A DNA stretch of 62,247 bases, filler included. It is 4 parts of 4 records of this genome, joined end to end, with 100 filler letters (N's around TTAATTAATTAA, not from the genome) between each part and the next. Parts side by side here need not be neighbours in the genome. Positions count along the whole stretch, not along the records: positions 25,416 to 47,864 come from DRR723986_7202; positions 47,965 to 62,247 come from DRR723986_7251; 2 more parts are not named here. One strand, given 5' to 3'. The notes under the pieces were generated by a model. The model had not been told where the DNA came from. It ran no database searches and saw only the letters and a list, made by a program, of their open reading frames with translations. Each line of letters starts with the position of its first letter. Positions within the stretch are counted from its first letter, which is position 1. Position numbers and translations under genes: made by a program. Below, piece after piece: positions 41,322 through 50,919 of this stretch.

Positions 41322-44237
41322 TCAGGACCTCAGCTTTTCGCCATCGGGGTCGTAGTGGCAGGGCGGCGTCACCCGCACCGGGATCACATCACCGCCCTTC
41401 AGCCGCACATGGGCGGTTTCTCCATGACGTGAATGACCGTTTTCCAGCAGGGCCAGCCCGACCCACCGGTCGTGCACCACGCTCCAGACGCAGGCGGTGA
41501 CGAAGCCCTCGGTCTTTTCCTTGCGTCCGCCGGGGGTCAGCGGCGCGCCTTCGGGGATCTGACGGTCGGGTTCGGGGATCACGCCGACCAGTTCACGCCG
41601 CACGCCGCTGCCCTCTCGGCGGATCTGCACCGCGCGCTTGCCAAGGTAGTCGGGCTTTTTCTTTGACATCGCCCACCCCATGCCAAGGTCGTAGGCATCA
41701 ACTGTCCCATCCACCTCGTGGCCGAGCGACAGGAAGCCTTTCTCGACCCGCAACACATGGCTGCCCTCTGACCCGACGGGCAGGATGCCGAACGGCTGTC
41801 CCGCCTCCAACACCTTCAACCACAGTGCCCGCATGTCACGGGGCGTGACGTTGACCTCGTAGGACAACTCGCCGGTAAAGCTGACCCGCACCACGCGGGC
41901 AGGCAGGCCCGCAACGGTGCCATCGCGGAAGGCCATGAAGGGAAAGGCATCAGGCGACAGGTCAATATCGGTTCCAAGTGCCGCCATCACGTCTCGCGCC
42001 TTTGGCCCGCAGATCGTGGCGTTGTTCCATTGGCTGGTGACGTTGGTGATGAAGACATTCCAATCGGGGAAGCGGGTTTGCAGCATCTCCTCCATATGGG
42101 AATGGATCGCGTCGGCATGGCCGGTCGAGGTCGAGACAATCCAGCGATGTTCGTCCAGCCGCAGGCACACCCCGTCATCCATGATCAACCCGTCATCTGA
42201 CAGCATCAGACCGTAGCGGCACTGCCCCGGCTTCAGCGATGACATGACATTGCTGTAGAGGTAGTCTAGCAAGCGCCCCACATCGCGGCCCTTAAGCTCG
42301 AACGTGCCAAGGGGCGAGCTGTCATATACCCCCACACGCTCGCGCACCGCGCGGCATTCGCGGTTGGTGGCCTCTTGCAGGCCTTCGCCCGCGCGCGGGA
42401 AATATCCGGGCCTGCGCCAGCGCGCGCCGGATTCATACATGAACGCGCCTTGACTGAGGTTCCAGTCGGTGATCGGCGTATGCCGGTAGGGCAGCGCCAC
42501 GGTTTCCTCTCGCAGGCCCCCGATGGCCCCGAAGGAAACAGGCGTATAGGGCGCGCGGAAGGTGGTAGTGCCAACGTTGTCCATGGCCACGCCCTGCGCC
42601 AACGCCACGGTGCCGATAATGTTGATATTGCCGGTCTTACCCTGATCAATCCCCATGCCGCCGGTGGTGTAGCGCTTGACATGTTCGACGTTGGAATAGC
42701 CTTCTCTGATCGCCAGATGGACATCATCGACAGTGACGTCGTTTTGCAGGTCCAGGAACGCTTTGCCTTTCGCCGTTTCAACCCGCCAAAGCGGCTCGAT
42801 GGCATAGGTCAGGTCATGTGCATCGGGGATGTCCGGTGCCTGCGTGGTGGCGATTTTTGCGGCGGTCTCTGCGCCGGAGCGTAGAGCGTCGGACAGCGCC
42901 AGCGCCCCATTCGCCGCGCCCGCCGCGCTGATCGTCTGCGCGGGTTTGTCGGGCAGGAAGGTCGCAAGTTGGTCGTCATAGCGCAGAGAGCTGCGGGACT
43001 GTGACCACAGATGCACCGTCGGATTCCAGCCGCCGGACACTGCCAAGAGATCGCAGGACAGTATCCGCGCCGAGCCACCCGTTTTGGCCGCCACGGCCAC
43101 GCCGCGAACCTGCCGCCCGCCTTGTGCTTCGGTCACCACTTTGCCGGCCATGATCTCGATGTCGGGCACCAGAACGCGGGCCTCCTCCGGCACGCGGTCC
43201 CGGCTGTCAACGATCGCGACCAGCTTTACGCCTGCCGCCACCAGATCGGCAGCGACCTCATAGGCGGAATTGTTGGTGGTAAAGATCACCGCACGCTTGC
43301 CAGGCGCCACGCCGTAGCGGTTCACATAGGTCTGCACGGCAGAGGCCAGCATCACACCGGGCCGGTCATTGTTGCCAAACACCAGCCCCCGTTCGATGGC
43401 CCCCGTCGCGGTCACCACATGGCCTGCGCGCACCCTCCAGCTGCGTTCCAGCAGGCTGGGATTGTCAGGCGCGCGTTCCGTGACCATCAGGTAATTGTGT
43501 TCTCGATAGCCCCAGACCGTCGCATTTTGCAGATGCGTGACATTGGGCAACGCGGCCAGTTCCGCCACCACACCTGCCACCCAATCCATCGCCGGTGCGC
43601 CGTTGACGGTCAGTCGCCGGGACAGCAGCGCCCCGCCCGCCTCGCCCGCTTCATCCGCGATCATAACCCTCAGCCCGGCCCGCGCCGCCGTCAGCGCAGC
43701 CATCAGACCAGAAGGCCCCGCGCCCGCAATCAACACATCACAATGACCAAAACGGGTTTCGAAGTGGCCCGTCGCAGGTGGTTCCGATGGCGCGGCGGCA
43801 AGCCCCGCAGCCTTGCGAATGGTCGGCTCATAGAGATGCCAGTTCGGCCATTTGAACGTCTTGTAGTAGAATCCGGCGGGGATGAACCGGGCAGCGAGCT
43901 GATTGACGGTGCCAATGTCAAACCCCGGCGACGGCCAGCAGTTGACGGACTTGGCCACCAACCCCTCTGACAGCGGCACGGTCGTTGCGGGGCGGTTGCC
44001 CGAGGCGTCCTCGCCCATCAATTCGACCAGTGTTGAAGGCTCCTCGACCCCTGCCCCGACAATCCCGCGCGGGCGGTGATACTTGAAACTGCGCGCCGTC
44101 AGCCGCACGCCATTGGCCAGCAGAGCCGAGGCCAGCGTGTCGCCCTGAAACCCCTGATAGCCCTTGCCGTTGAAGGTGAAGTTCAGCGGGCGCGACCGAT
44201 CAATCCGCCCGCCCTTGTTCAGCCGGTTAGCCTGCAT
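41322..44237 (-). CDS. soxA: Sarcosine oxidase-family alpha subunit
   Basis: 'GDTLASALLANG...RSFKYHRPRG', GAGPSG, 'EHVKRYTT.GMG.DQGKT', and a C-terminal GcvT-like folate domain 'SFTGELSYE'. Start ATG 44237. Confidence 0.93.
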   Translation of the reverse strand: MQANRLNKGGRIDRSRPLNFTFNGKGYQGFQGDTLASALLANGVRLTARSFKYHRPRGIVGAGVEEPSTLVELMGEDASGNRPATTVPLSEGLVAKSVNCWPSPGFDIGTVNQLAARFIPAGFYYKTFKWPNWHLYEPTIRKAAGLAAAPSEPPATGHFETRFGHCDVLIAGAGPSGLMAALTAARAGLRVMIADEAGEAGGALLSRRLTVNGAPAMDWVAGVVAELAALPNVTHLQNATVWGYREHNYLMVTERAPDNPSLLERSWRVRAGHVVTATGAIERGLVFGNNDRPGVMLASAVQTYVNRYGVAPGKRAVIFTTNNSAYEVAADLVAAGVKLVAIVDSRDRVPEEARVLVPDIEIMAGKVVTEAQGGRQVRGVAVAAKTGGSARILSCDLLAVSGGWNPTVHLWSQSRSSLRYDDQLATFLPDKPAQTISAAGAANGALALSDALRSGAETAAKIATTQAPDIPDAHDLTYAIEPLWRVETAKGKAFLDLQNDVTVDDVHLAIREGYSNVEHVKRYTTGGMGIDQGKTGNINIIGTVALAQGVAMDNVGTTTFRAPYTPVSFGAIGGLREETVALPYRHTPITDWNLSQGAFMYESGARWRRPGYFPRAGEGLQEATNRECRAVRERVGVYDSSPLGTFELKGRDVGRLLDYLYSNVMSSLKPGQCRYGLMLSDDGLIMDDGVCLRLDEHRWIVSTSTGHADAIHSHMEEMLQTRFPDWNVFITNVTSQWNNATICGPKARDVMAALGTDIDLSPDAFPFMAFRDGTVAGLPARVVRVSFTGELSYEVNVTPRDMRALWLKVLEAGQPFGILPVGSEGSHVLRVEKGFLSLGHEVDGTVDAYDLGMGWAMSKKKPDYLGKRAVQIRREGSGVRRELVGVIPEPDRQIPEGAPLTPGGRKEKTEGFVTACVWSVVHDRWVGLALLENGHSRHGETAHVRLKGGDVIPVRVTPPCHYDPDGEKLRS

Positions 44238-44484
44238 CGCCCGGCCCCTCCACAATCTCATGGGTGCGCGTGTCGCGCCAGATCGTCAGCCACGTGCCGC
44301 AGCCGCGCGCGTGCAGCCATTGTTCCTGCACGGGGCCGAGCGGGTTGGGCACCTGGGTCAGCCATTCGGTCCACTCCTGATCGCTAATTGCCGCAGGATC
44401 GGGGCGCGGGGGCTTCACCGGGCCGCCGAAGGAAAACTCGCTTTCATTGCGCGGCCCGCAGAATGGGCAGGGGATCTGCATCAT
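44227..44484 (-). CDS. soxD: Sarcosine oxidase-family delta subunit
   Basis: 'IPCPFCGPRNESEF...W.H..GC..W....RDT.THEI' (Zn site). Confidence 0.93.
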   Translation of the reverse strand: MMQIPCPFCGPRNESEFSFGGPVKPPRPDPAAISDQEWTEWLTQVPNPLGPVQEQWLHARGCGTWLTIWRDTRTHEIVEGPGDAG

Positions 44485-44493
44485 GGCTTGCGT

Positions 44494-45747
44494 CTACCTC
44501 GCCGTCGTGGTGCCGGTTTCCATCACGTAGTCGAGTTGGCGGAAACGGCTGATCGTGAAAGGTTCCATCAACGGATGCGGCCGCCCTGTTGCCACCAGAT
44601 GCGCCAGCGTCAAGCCACCTGCGGGGATCGCCTTGTAGCCCCCCCACCACCCGGCCGTGACGAACAGCCCCGGCACATCGGTTTCGTCCTGAATGGGCGA
44701 GGCATCATGGGCGATATCAAGATGCCCACCCCATTGGCGCATCAGCTTGAGCCGTTTGAAGGACGGGAACAGCGACAGCATCGCCGAGACCGTATCCTCG
44801 AACACCGTCTGCTTGATATCGCGGCGAAAGCTCTGACCCGGATCGGGCGCGCCACCGATCACCAGTTCCCCCTTGTCGGACTGGCTAAGGTAGAAGCCCG
44901 CGTCGGGGCAATTGACGATCACATCAATCAGCGGCTTCACCGGTTCCGACACGAAGGCGGTCAGGTTCATGGTGCGCAGCGGCAGTTTCAGCCCCACTGT
45001 TTCGGTCAGCGTCGTGGTATGGCCAGACACCGCAATCGCAACTTTCGGCGCGCGAATGATGCCGCGTGGGGTTTGCACGCCCTCGATCCGCCCATCAGGC
45101 CCTCGCAACAGCTGAGTCACCGGCGTTTTCTGGTGGATCTCACCGCCCATGGAATCGATGGCCCGGGCATAGCCCCAGGCTACGGCGTCATGGCGGTTTA
45201 CGGCGGCATCGGTGTGGACGTAGCCGCCCACGACGGGCAGTCGCGCATCCGGGCCACCGCCGGTCAGTGCCGGAATGCGGCGGCGGACCTCGGCCTCGGT
45301 GATCTGCTCATAGGTCGAGCCGTAGATATCCATGATATGCTGACGCCGCCTGCGGTCGCGCATCATCGGATAGTTCTGGATCACGTCGATCATGCTGCGC
45401 TTGGAATGCATCATGTTGAAGTTCAGCTCTCGCGTCATCGCCTCGTAAAGCGCGACGGATTTCACGTAGAACGGGATCGACGCATCGCGCATGTAGTTCG
45501 AGCGGATCGTGATCGTGTTACGCGCGATATTGCCGCCGCCAAGCCAGCCGCTTTCCAGCACCGCGACATTGGTCAGCCCGTGTTCCTTCGCCAGATAATA
45601 GGCTGTTGCCAGCCCGTGCCCTCCCGCCCCGATGACGATCACGTCATAGCGGTCTTTCAGGGCCGGACTGCGCCACGCAGGGGCCCAGGTGGTGTGCCGG
45701 TTGATCCCGTGGCGCAACAGGGAGAGGGCGGAATATCGTTGCTTCAT
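44494..45747 (-). CDS. soxB: Sarcosine oxidase-family beta subunit
   Basis: 'IGAGGHGLATAYYLAKEHG', 'GGGNIARNTITIRSNY', 'RHDAVAWGYAR'. Start ATG 45747. Confidence 0.93.
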   Translation of the reverse strand: MKQRYSALSLLRHGINRHTTWAPAWRSPALKDRYDVIVIGAGGHGLATAYYLAKEHGLTNVAVLESGWLGGGNIARNTITIRSNYMRDASIPFYVKSVALYEAMTRELNFNMMHSKRSMIDVIQNYPMMRDRRRRQHIMDIYGSTYEQITEAEVRRRIPALTGGGPDARLPVVGGYVHTDAAVNRHDAVAWGYARAIDSMGGEIHQKTPVTQLLRGPDGRIEGVQTPRGIIRAPKVAIAVSGHTTTLTETVGLKLPLRTMNLTAFVSEPVKPLIDVIVNCPDAGFYLSQSDKGELVIGGAPDPGQSFRRDIKQTVFEDTVSAMLSLFPSFKRLKLMRQWGGHLDIAHDASPIQDETDVPGLFVTAGWWGGYKAIPAGGLTLAHLVATGRPHPLMEPFTISRFRQLDYVMETGTTTAR

Positions 45748-45757
45748 GAGAACATGT

Positions 45758-45772
45758 TTTACTATAGGTAAA
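45758..45772. promoter_or_regulatory. Palindromic operator between soxB and the XRE regulator
   Basis: TTTAC-tatag-GTAAA in a 58-bp AT-rich divergent spacer. Confidence 0.6.
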
Positions 45773-45805
45773 TACTCGTCAAGTGATTCCAGAGGCCTGA
45801 TACCC

Positions 45806-46384
45806 ATGACAGACAAGCCGGCGATCGACCTTGCGGTTGGCCACGCATTGAACCGTCTTCGGCAGGAACGGGGGCTGACCGTCACGGCCCTGGCGACCGA
45901 GGCCGGGGTTTCGCCCGCGATGGTCAGTCGGATCGAAAATGCGCAGGTGTCACCTTCGCTTGCGACGCTGTCGGCGCTTGCAGGGGCTCTCTCGGTTCCG
46001 GTCATGGCGTTGGTTGCGCAGCATGATCAGGTCTCCGATGTGCATCATGTGACGGCCGGTCAGGGGTTGCCCTCACGCCGGGTGACGCCCGATCACAGCC
46101 ACGAATACCTTCTGTTGGGAAAGCACGGCGGGCCGGGCGGGCGGTTCGAGGCGGCGCGTATCAGGATAGAGGCCGCCGACGCGGGAACCCTGCCCGCCTA
46201 TCAGCACGAAGGCTATGCCTTCATCCACGTCGTTTCGGGCGCTGCCACCTATCGCTGCGGCGGGCAGACCTTTCCGCTTGGGCCTGGGGATTCACTTAGC
46301 TTCGACGCCAAGCTGCCCCATGGGTTTGCCGAGATTACCGGCGATCATATCGAGTTTCTGACGGTGTCATCGCGCCCGGCATGA
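45806..46384 (+). CDS. XRE-family HTH + cupin transcriptional regulator
   Basis: 'LRQERGLT...LA..AGVS..MVSRIEN...SPSLATL'; cupin motif 'HEG....HVVSG...LGPGDSLSFDA..PHGF'. Confidence 0.9.
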   Translation: MTDKPAIDLAVGHALNRLRQERGLTVTALATEAGVSPAMVSRIENAQVSPSLATLSALAGALSVPVMALVAQHDQVSDVHHVTAGQGLPSRRVTPDHSHEYLLLGKHGGPGGRFEAARIRIEAADAGTLPAYQHEGYAFIHVVSGAATYRCGGQTFPLGPGDSLSFDAKLPHGFAEITGDHIEFLTVSSRPA

Positions 46385-46386
46385 GC

Positions 46387-47274
46387 CTAGCGTTCATCGC
46401 GTGTACTTCGCCGCTCCAACCGGCTGAAAAGACGCGAGAGTGTGAAGCAGACAACGAAGTAGAACATTGCCGTGGTGATCCAGGCCTCGAAGATCATCCG
46501 TGACGAGGCGACGAGTTCCACCGTCTTGTAGGTCAGCTCCTGAACAGAAATCAGCGAGATGATGGAACTGTCCTTGATCAGCGTGATGAACTGGTTGGCC
46601 AGCGGCGGAACAACCTTCTTGATCGCCTGAGGCAGCACGATATAGCGCATTTCCTGCCAGCGGCTCATGCCGATGGACCGAGCGGCCTCTCGTTGCCCCT
46701 TGGGAACCGATTGAATTCCGGCGCGGATGATCTCGCCGACGAAGGCGCTTTCAAACAGCGCCAGAACGATGACCCCGGAAATCAGCGACGGGAAACGGCG
46801 CATTTCGCCGAAAAAGAACTCCCACACGCCGTTGTTTTCCTGCCGCGCAATCCCGCGTGCCCATCTTTCGAGGTTCAGGAAGTCGATCAACTGCTGCGAG
46901 AGGAAGAAGAAGAAAATGAAGACGACAACAACAGGCGGGATGTTGCGCAGAAATTCCAGATAGGTGCGCGCCAGCATTCGAACCGTCAGGTTCGACGAAC
47001 AGCGGGCGATGCCCAGAAACGTACCGAGGATCAGCGCCAGAATGGAGGCATAGATCGAAATGCGGATCGTTGCGGCAAGGCCCTGCAACAGGATGTTGGC
47101 GAAGTATTCTTCGCGGCCCGTATGCCAGCCGACGATATAGTTTGGGATCAGGTGCCACCGCCAAGCATAGTTCAGCGTGCCTTCGATGGTGAACCAGATA
47201 TAGCCGAAAAACGCCATCAGAACGGCAAGAATTACCCAGTCGGGCCATCTGAATTTCTTGAAAAACCGGATCAC
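46387..47274 (-). CDS. Polar amino-acid ABC transporter permease
   Basis: 'EFLRNIPP'; EAA loop 'EIIRAGIQSVPKGQREAARSIGM'; 'LIKDSS'. Confidence 0.93.
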   Translation of the reverse strand: MIRFFKKFRWPDWVILAVLMAFFGYIWFTIEGTLNYAWRWHLIPNYIVGWHTGREEYFANILLQGLAATIRISIYASILALILGTFLGIARCSSNLTVRMLARTYLEFLRNIPPVVVVFIFFFFLSQQLIDFLNLERWARGIARQENNGVWEFFFGEMRRFPSLISGVIVLALFESAFVGEIIRAGIQSVPKGQREAARSIGMSRWQEMRYIVLPQAIKKVVPPLANQFITLIKDSSIISLISVQELTYKTVELVASSRMIFEAWITTAMFYFVVCFTLSRLFSRLERRSTRDER

Positions 47275-47300
47275 GATGCGGGCCTGCCTGCCATGGGGGT

Positions 47301-47325
47301 GAAGGGGCGGCGGAACCGCCCCTTC
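47301..47325. other. Intercistronic stem-loop between the SBP and permease genes
   Basis: GAAGGGGCGG-cggaa-CCGCCCCTTC, a perfect 10-bp stem with no U tract; typical of mRNA-stabilising hairpins in ABC operons. Confidence 0.65.
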
Positions 47326-47338
47326 GGATGGTGGGGTT

Positions 47339-47864
47339 TTACTGAGCGACCTGGTCGGCCCAGTCTTCGGTGGCGAACCAGTAGTCGTGACGCTCTTCCA
47401 GCCAGCCGGAGCGCCACTGCTGCGCGATCCAGTTGTTGAAGTAGTTCAGCGCATCCGGGTCACCGCGGCGAACGGCAAAGCCCTCACCACGCGGATCGAA
47501 CAGGGAATCGAACGGCACGTAGAGGATATCGGGGTGACGGCCTGCTTCACGATTCGGGCTCGGCTGCGAGGCCATGGTGGCATGCGCGTTGCCGTTCAGA
47601 ACCTCCTGTGCGGCGGCACCATCTTCATCAAAGAGCAAGAGCTGCGCTTCGGGGAAGCGGTCGGCGATCACGACGGCGGGCGTGGCCCCGCGACGCGCAG
47701 AGAAGATCACGTCGGGCGAGTTCAGGTCCTCCATCGACATGCCCGCCGTCATTTCGCGGTTGGCAAGAATGGCAAGACCCGAGAACGCATAGGGATCGGT
47801 GAAGTTCACCGTCAGGTTCCGCTGTGCGGTCACGGACATGCCCGAGATGATCACGTCAAAGTTG
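47339..47864 (-). CDS. Amino-acid ABC transporter substrate-binding protein (family 3); 5' end truncated
   Basis: 'FDVIISGMSVTAQRNLTVNFTDPY', 'FAVRRGDPD.LN..NNWI'. Confidence 0.9.
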
Positions 47865-47964
47865 NNNNNNNNNNNNNNNNNNNNNNNNNNNNNNNNNNNN
47901 NNNNNNNNTTAATTAATTAANNNNNNNNNNNNNNNNNNNNNNNNNNNNNNNNNNNNNNNNNNNN
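47865..47964. other. Artificial contig spacer
   Basis: N44-TTAATTAATTAA-N44. Confidence 0.99.
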
Positions 47965-47965
47965 C

Positions 47966-48184
47966 TTCCGCAACTTTGCGACGACGGCAACGATTTTCCT
48001 GGGTGACGCCGCACGTTGGATAAACAGGACCGGTGCCACTTTGGATGCCACAGACGGCCGCGGTCAAAACGGCGGTGTGCGCATGCGTTTAAGCAGCAAC
48101 GCGACCTTCACAAATAATGGAAACGTTGGTTTCCGCAATTTTGCAACGACGGCAACAATTTTCCTGGGTGACGCCGCACGTTGG
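47966..48184 (+). repeat. Near-identical 54-nt coding repeat, 165-nt period
   Basis: 47966-48019 and 48131-48184 both encode FRNFATTATIFLGDAARW and differ by three synonymous changes. Confidence 0.9.
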
Positions 48185-50665
48185 CACAACAACACGCAGG
48201 GGACACTCGAAGCGACAACTATCGGCGGTCTACGCATCCGTGCCGACGGCAACTCGCTGTTTAACAACTGCAACCTGGTCAAGGCGACTAATGTAACGAC
48301 AGCCGGCATCTTCATTGGCGGTTCGTCAATCTACAACAACAAGGTTGGAGCATTGACGACCTTCAACTCGGTGCTGGATGTGTCCAATCTGCAAACAGCA
48401 ACGAATGGGACCTATATTAACGGCGGAGCTTCCTACTACGGTAGCCGCCAAATAGCGCGCTTGCGCATTCAGGATGATTCCCGCGTGGAAAACTCCACCG
48501 GCGCAACATTTGAAATCAATGGTAAAGGCAGCACAAATGCACGTCTGGACGCGCGCCTGAATGGTAATGCACGCCTGGAAAACAATGGCAAGCTTGAAGT
48601 CAACGAGATTAAATTTGAGATTAAGTTTAATTCACTTGGCAACTCCTGGATTGGTATTGGCTTCCCCGGCGAACTGAAAACCAGTACATCTGAGACGGTT
48701 CAATTTGTTCACAGCGATAACTCACGCTTCTTTAACGATGGTAATGTATGTTTTAACAATCCAGGTATCTTCGATTTTGACCTCGGTGGAACGGCCAAGG
48801 CAACCTGCACGACGCGCTCCAGCCTAAGAGTCGAATCTCCCAAACTGGCAGCCGGTATCCGTGCCACAAATGCCGCTGTTTTTGCGAACCGCGGATATAT
48901 GGAGTTTGAGAACACTACACGTGCCATAGTTGACTTTGGCGACGATACGCGCTTTGAAAATAAGGGCCGGATGGATGTTGAATCGCCCACGACAATTGCA
49001 GTATTTAAAATTCGCCGGAAGTCAAGAGCTGTGTTCTTACATAGCGGTGAAATTAACACAACTAAAACTCATGTTAAGGTCAGACTGGCAGATCCGCTTC
49101 TACGTACCACTGAGCCACTTGTTCAGATCGCGACAAATGCACGCTGGCATCACAGCGGTGGGGCTCGCACGCAGTTCCATAATGGGCAGATGGACCTTAA
49201 GGGACGTTATACAGGTGATGGCCAGCTAGCTTTCAGCAATGCGACCGTCTTTACAACCAAAGCTCTAATCGGATTGACTGGGCCCAATGCACGCCTGCGC
49301 ATGGACAATACACATTTTGTCAGTACGGCATCCTTCGTGGTATATGACTTCCGTGAACCGTTGTACATTAACATTCCTTTAGAGCTGCGCGGGAAAACAA
49401 TTCTCGACGCGGTCATCACAACCGCCAACCGCACTGTGCTTAAGCCCAGTTCCAATGGCACAATTGATGTTAAATTCGCCAAACCGGTCACTAATTTGGG
49501 CGACTTAGTCCTCGCTGAAAAAGCAACCAATGCGATCATTTCTGTGGAAGCGGCACGGCGCTACGCTATGGAAAACCCTGCGCGCATACTGTTTGATGAC
49601 GATGTCACAAAAGCAACCTTTAAGTTGGCGACTAACGCGCAGTTCATGCACGGCGGTGAGATTGTCGTTACAACAGGTGTTCTGGACATGCCGCTTAATC
49701 CAGGCGCACGCTTTGTATTGACCAACAGTGCCAAGTTCGACCTGGACCGCGCTACTCTTAACATCGTCACAGCGGGAACATTGAACTTGCCTGTGCCGAC
49801 CAATGCAATCTTTCGTGGAACTGGCCGGTTTAACGTTGGGAATGTTAGAATGGGCGGAACCATTGAGCCAGGGCGTTCGCCAGGTCTTCACACTTATACT
49901 GACGACCTCCTCATGACTTCCACGGCCAATATTAACATTGAGCTAGGTGGTGCAACAACCGCTGGTATTGATTATGATCAGATCATTGCCGATGATGTTG
50001 AACTTAACGGTACACTGAACGTCAGCTTCATCAATGGTTTCACGCCGACTGCCGGCGATCGCTTTGTGATTATGAAATACAACTCAGTGACCGGAGCCTT
50101 TACGACCGTTACATTTGCAACTGTCGTGACGGGCTTAACACTTAGCGTCGAATCAACACAGGCCGTTCTGCAATTTGGCACCTCAACTCCGCTGTCTATC
50201 GTTGATGTTGACATCTACCTTGAGGGCTACTGGAATGGGCTCCTGCACAGGCGCACACCGGTAATGCTGGAATTGCGCACCGGGCCGGCGATTATGACTT
50301 CGGCCACAACAGCGCGCGTCAGCACGCTGATTTCGACAACTGCCTCTGCCGGCTTCACATTTGAGAACTTACCCGAAGACGACTACTGGGTGATTCTGCG
50401 TCACGGTGGCCACCTGCCGGCTGCGTCAATTGGTCGTATACACATTGCACAGGGAACGACAACGAATGTCGACTTTACCGACAAAACCAATGTTATCAAT
50501 GGTTTATTCCAACTGAAAACAACAGTCCTTAACGGTACAAGTTATAACGTGCTGATTGGGGGGGACATGAATGCGAACCAGGATGTCGGCGCTGACGACT
50601 TTATTCAATACTTCCGGCCGAACTTCGGTATTGCCAATCCGGGATTGGTGCCGACACTGGATTAA
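47966..50665 (+). CDS. Large extracellular beta-helix-repeat protein; 5' end truncated
   Basis: Frame is open from the contig edge; N/G/T-rich repeats; 'GTIEPGRSPG...NIELGG...YDQI...LNGTLNVS..NGFTP..GDRF' module; C-terminal 'YLEG...VMLELR...ILRH..HL...GDMNANQDVGADD' domain. Confidence 0.82.
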   Translation, partial: FRNFATTATIFLGDAARWINRTGATLDATDGRGQNGGVRMRLSSNATFTNNGNVGFRNFATTATIFLGDAARWHNNTQGTLEATTIGGLRIRADGNSLFNNCNLVKATNVTTAGIFIGGSSIYNNKVGALTTFNSVLDVSNLQTATNGTYINGGASYYGSRQIARLRIQDDSRVENSTGATFEINGKGSTNARLDARLNGNARLENNGKLEVNEIKFEIKFNSLGNSWIGIGFPGELKTSTSETVQFVHSDNSRFFNDGNVCFNNPGIFDFDLGGTAKATCTTRSSLRVESPKLAAGIRATNAAVFANRGYMEFENTTRAIVDFGDDTRFENKGRMDVESPTTIAVFKIRRKSRAVFLHSGEINTTKTHVKVRLADPLLRTTEPLVQIATNARWHHSGGARTQFHNGQMDLKGRYTGDGQLAFSNATVFTTKALIGLTGPNARLRMDNTHFVSTASFVVYDFREPLYINIPLELRGKTILDAVITTANRTVLKPSSNGTIDVKFAKPVTNLGDLVLAEKATNAIISVEAARRYAMENPARILFDDDVTKATFKLATNAQFMHGGEIVVTTGVLDMPLNPGARFVLTNSAKFDLDRATLNIVTAGTLNLPVPTNAIFRGTGRFNVGNVRMGGTIEPGRSPGLHTYTDDLLMTSTANINIELGGATTAGIDYDQIIADDVELNGTLNVSFINGFTPTAGDRFVIMKYNSVTGAFTTVTFATVVTGLTLSVESTQAVLQFGTSTPLSIVDVDIYLEGYWNGLLHRRTPVMLELRTGPAIMTSATTARVSTLISTTASAGFTFENLPEDDYWVILRHGGHLPAASIGRIHIAQGTTTNVDFTDKTNVINGLFQLKTTVLNGTSYNVLIGGDMNANQDVGADDFIQYFRPNFGIANPGLVPTLD

Positions 50666-50729
50666 CATGCTGCACTGTTAACGGTTGCTGCAGTCTGTTT
50701 AAGTCCTGTGGCCCTGGCGATCAAAATAC

Positions 50730-50763
50730 AAAGCCCCACTACCCAAGGTAGCGGGGCTTTGTT
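50730..50763. terminator. Probable bidirectional intrinsic terminator
   Basis: AAAGCCCC-a-CTACC-caa-GGTAG-c-GGGGCTTT between convergent genes. Confidence 0.75.
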
Positions 50764-50919
50764 CCTAGTGGCCGGCCTGTCGCAGAAGCGTTAACACTTC
50801 CTAGCCCGGGGTATCAGATTGTTACTAGGCAGTGAGCTAAGAAGTGGGGCGGTTCCAACGGTACCTGACGGCCATTTCCGAACTGTGACTGTACAAGAAC
50901 AGCCGCAGCAACATCGAAA

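Noticed and set aside
11465-47964. Three identical TTAATTAATTAA elements within N-runs, and sharp GC shifts suggesting genomic islands
   Set aside because: These are synthetic six-frame-stop spacers joining unrelated contigs. The GC shifts are not evidence of HGT, and no functional link should be drawn across the spacers.
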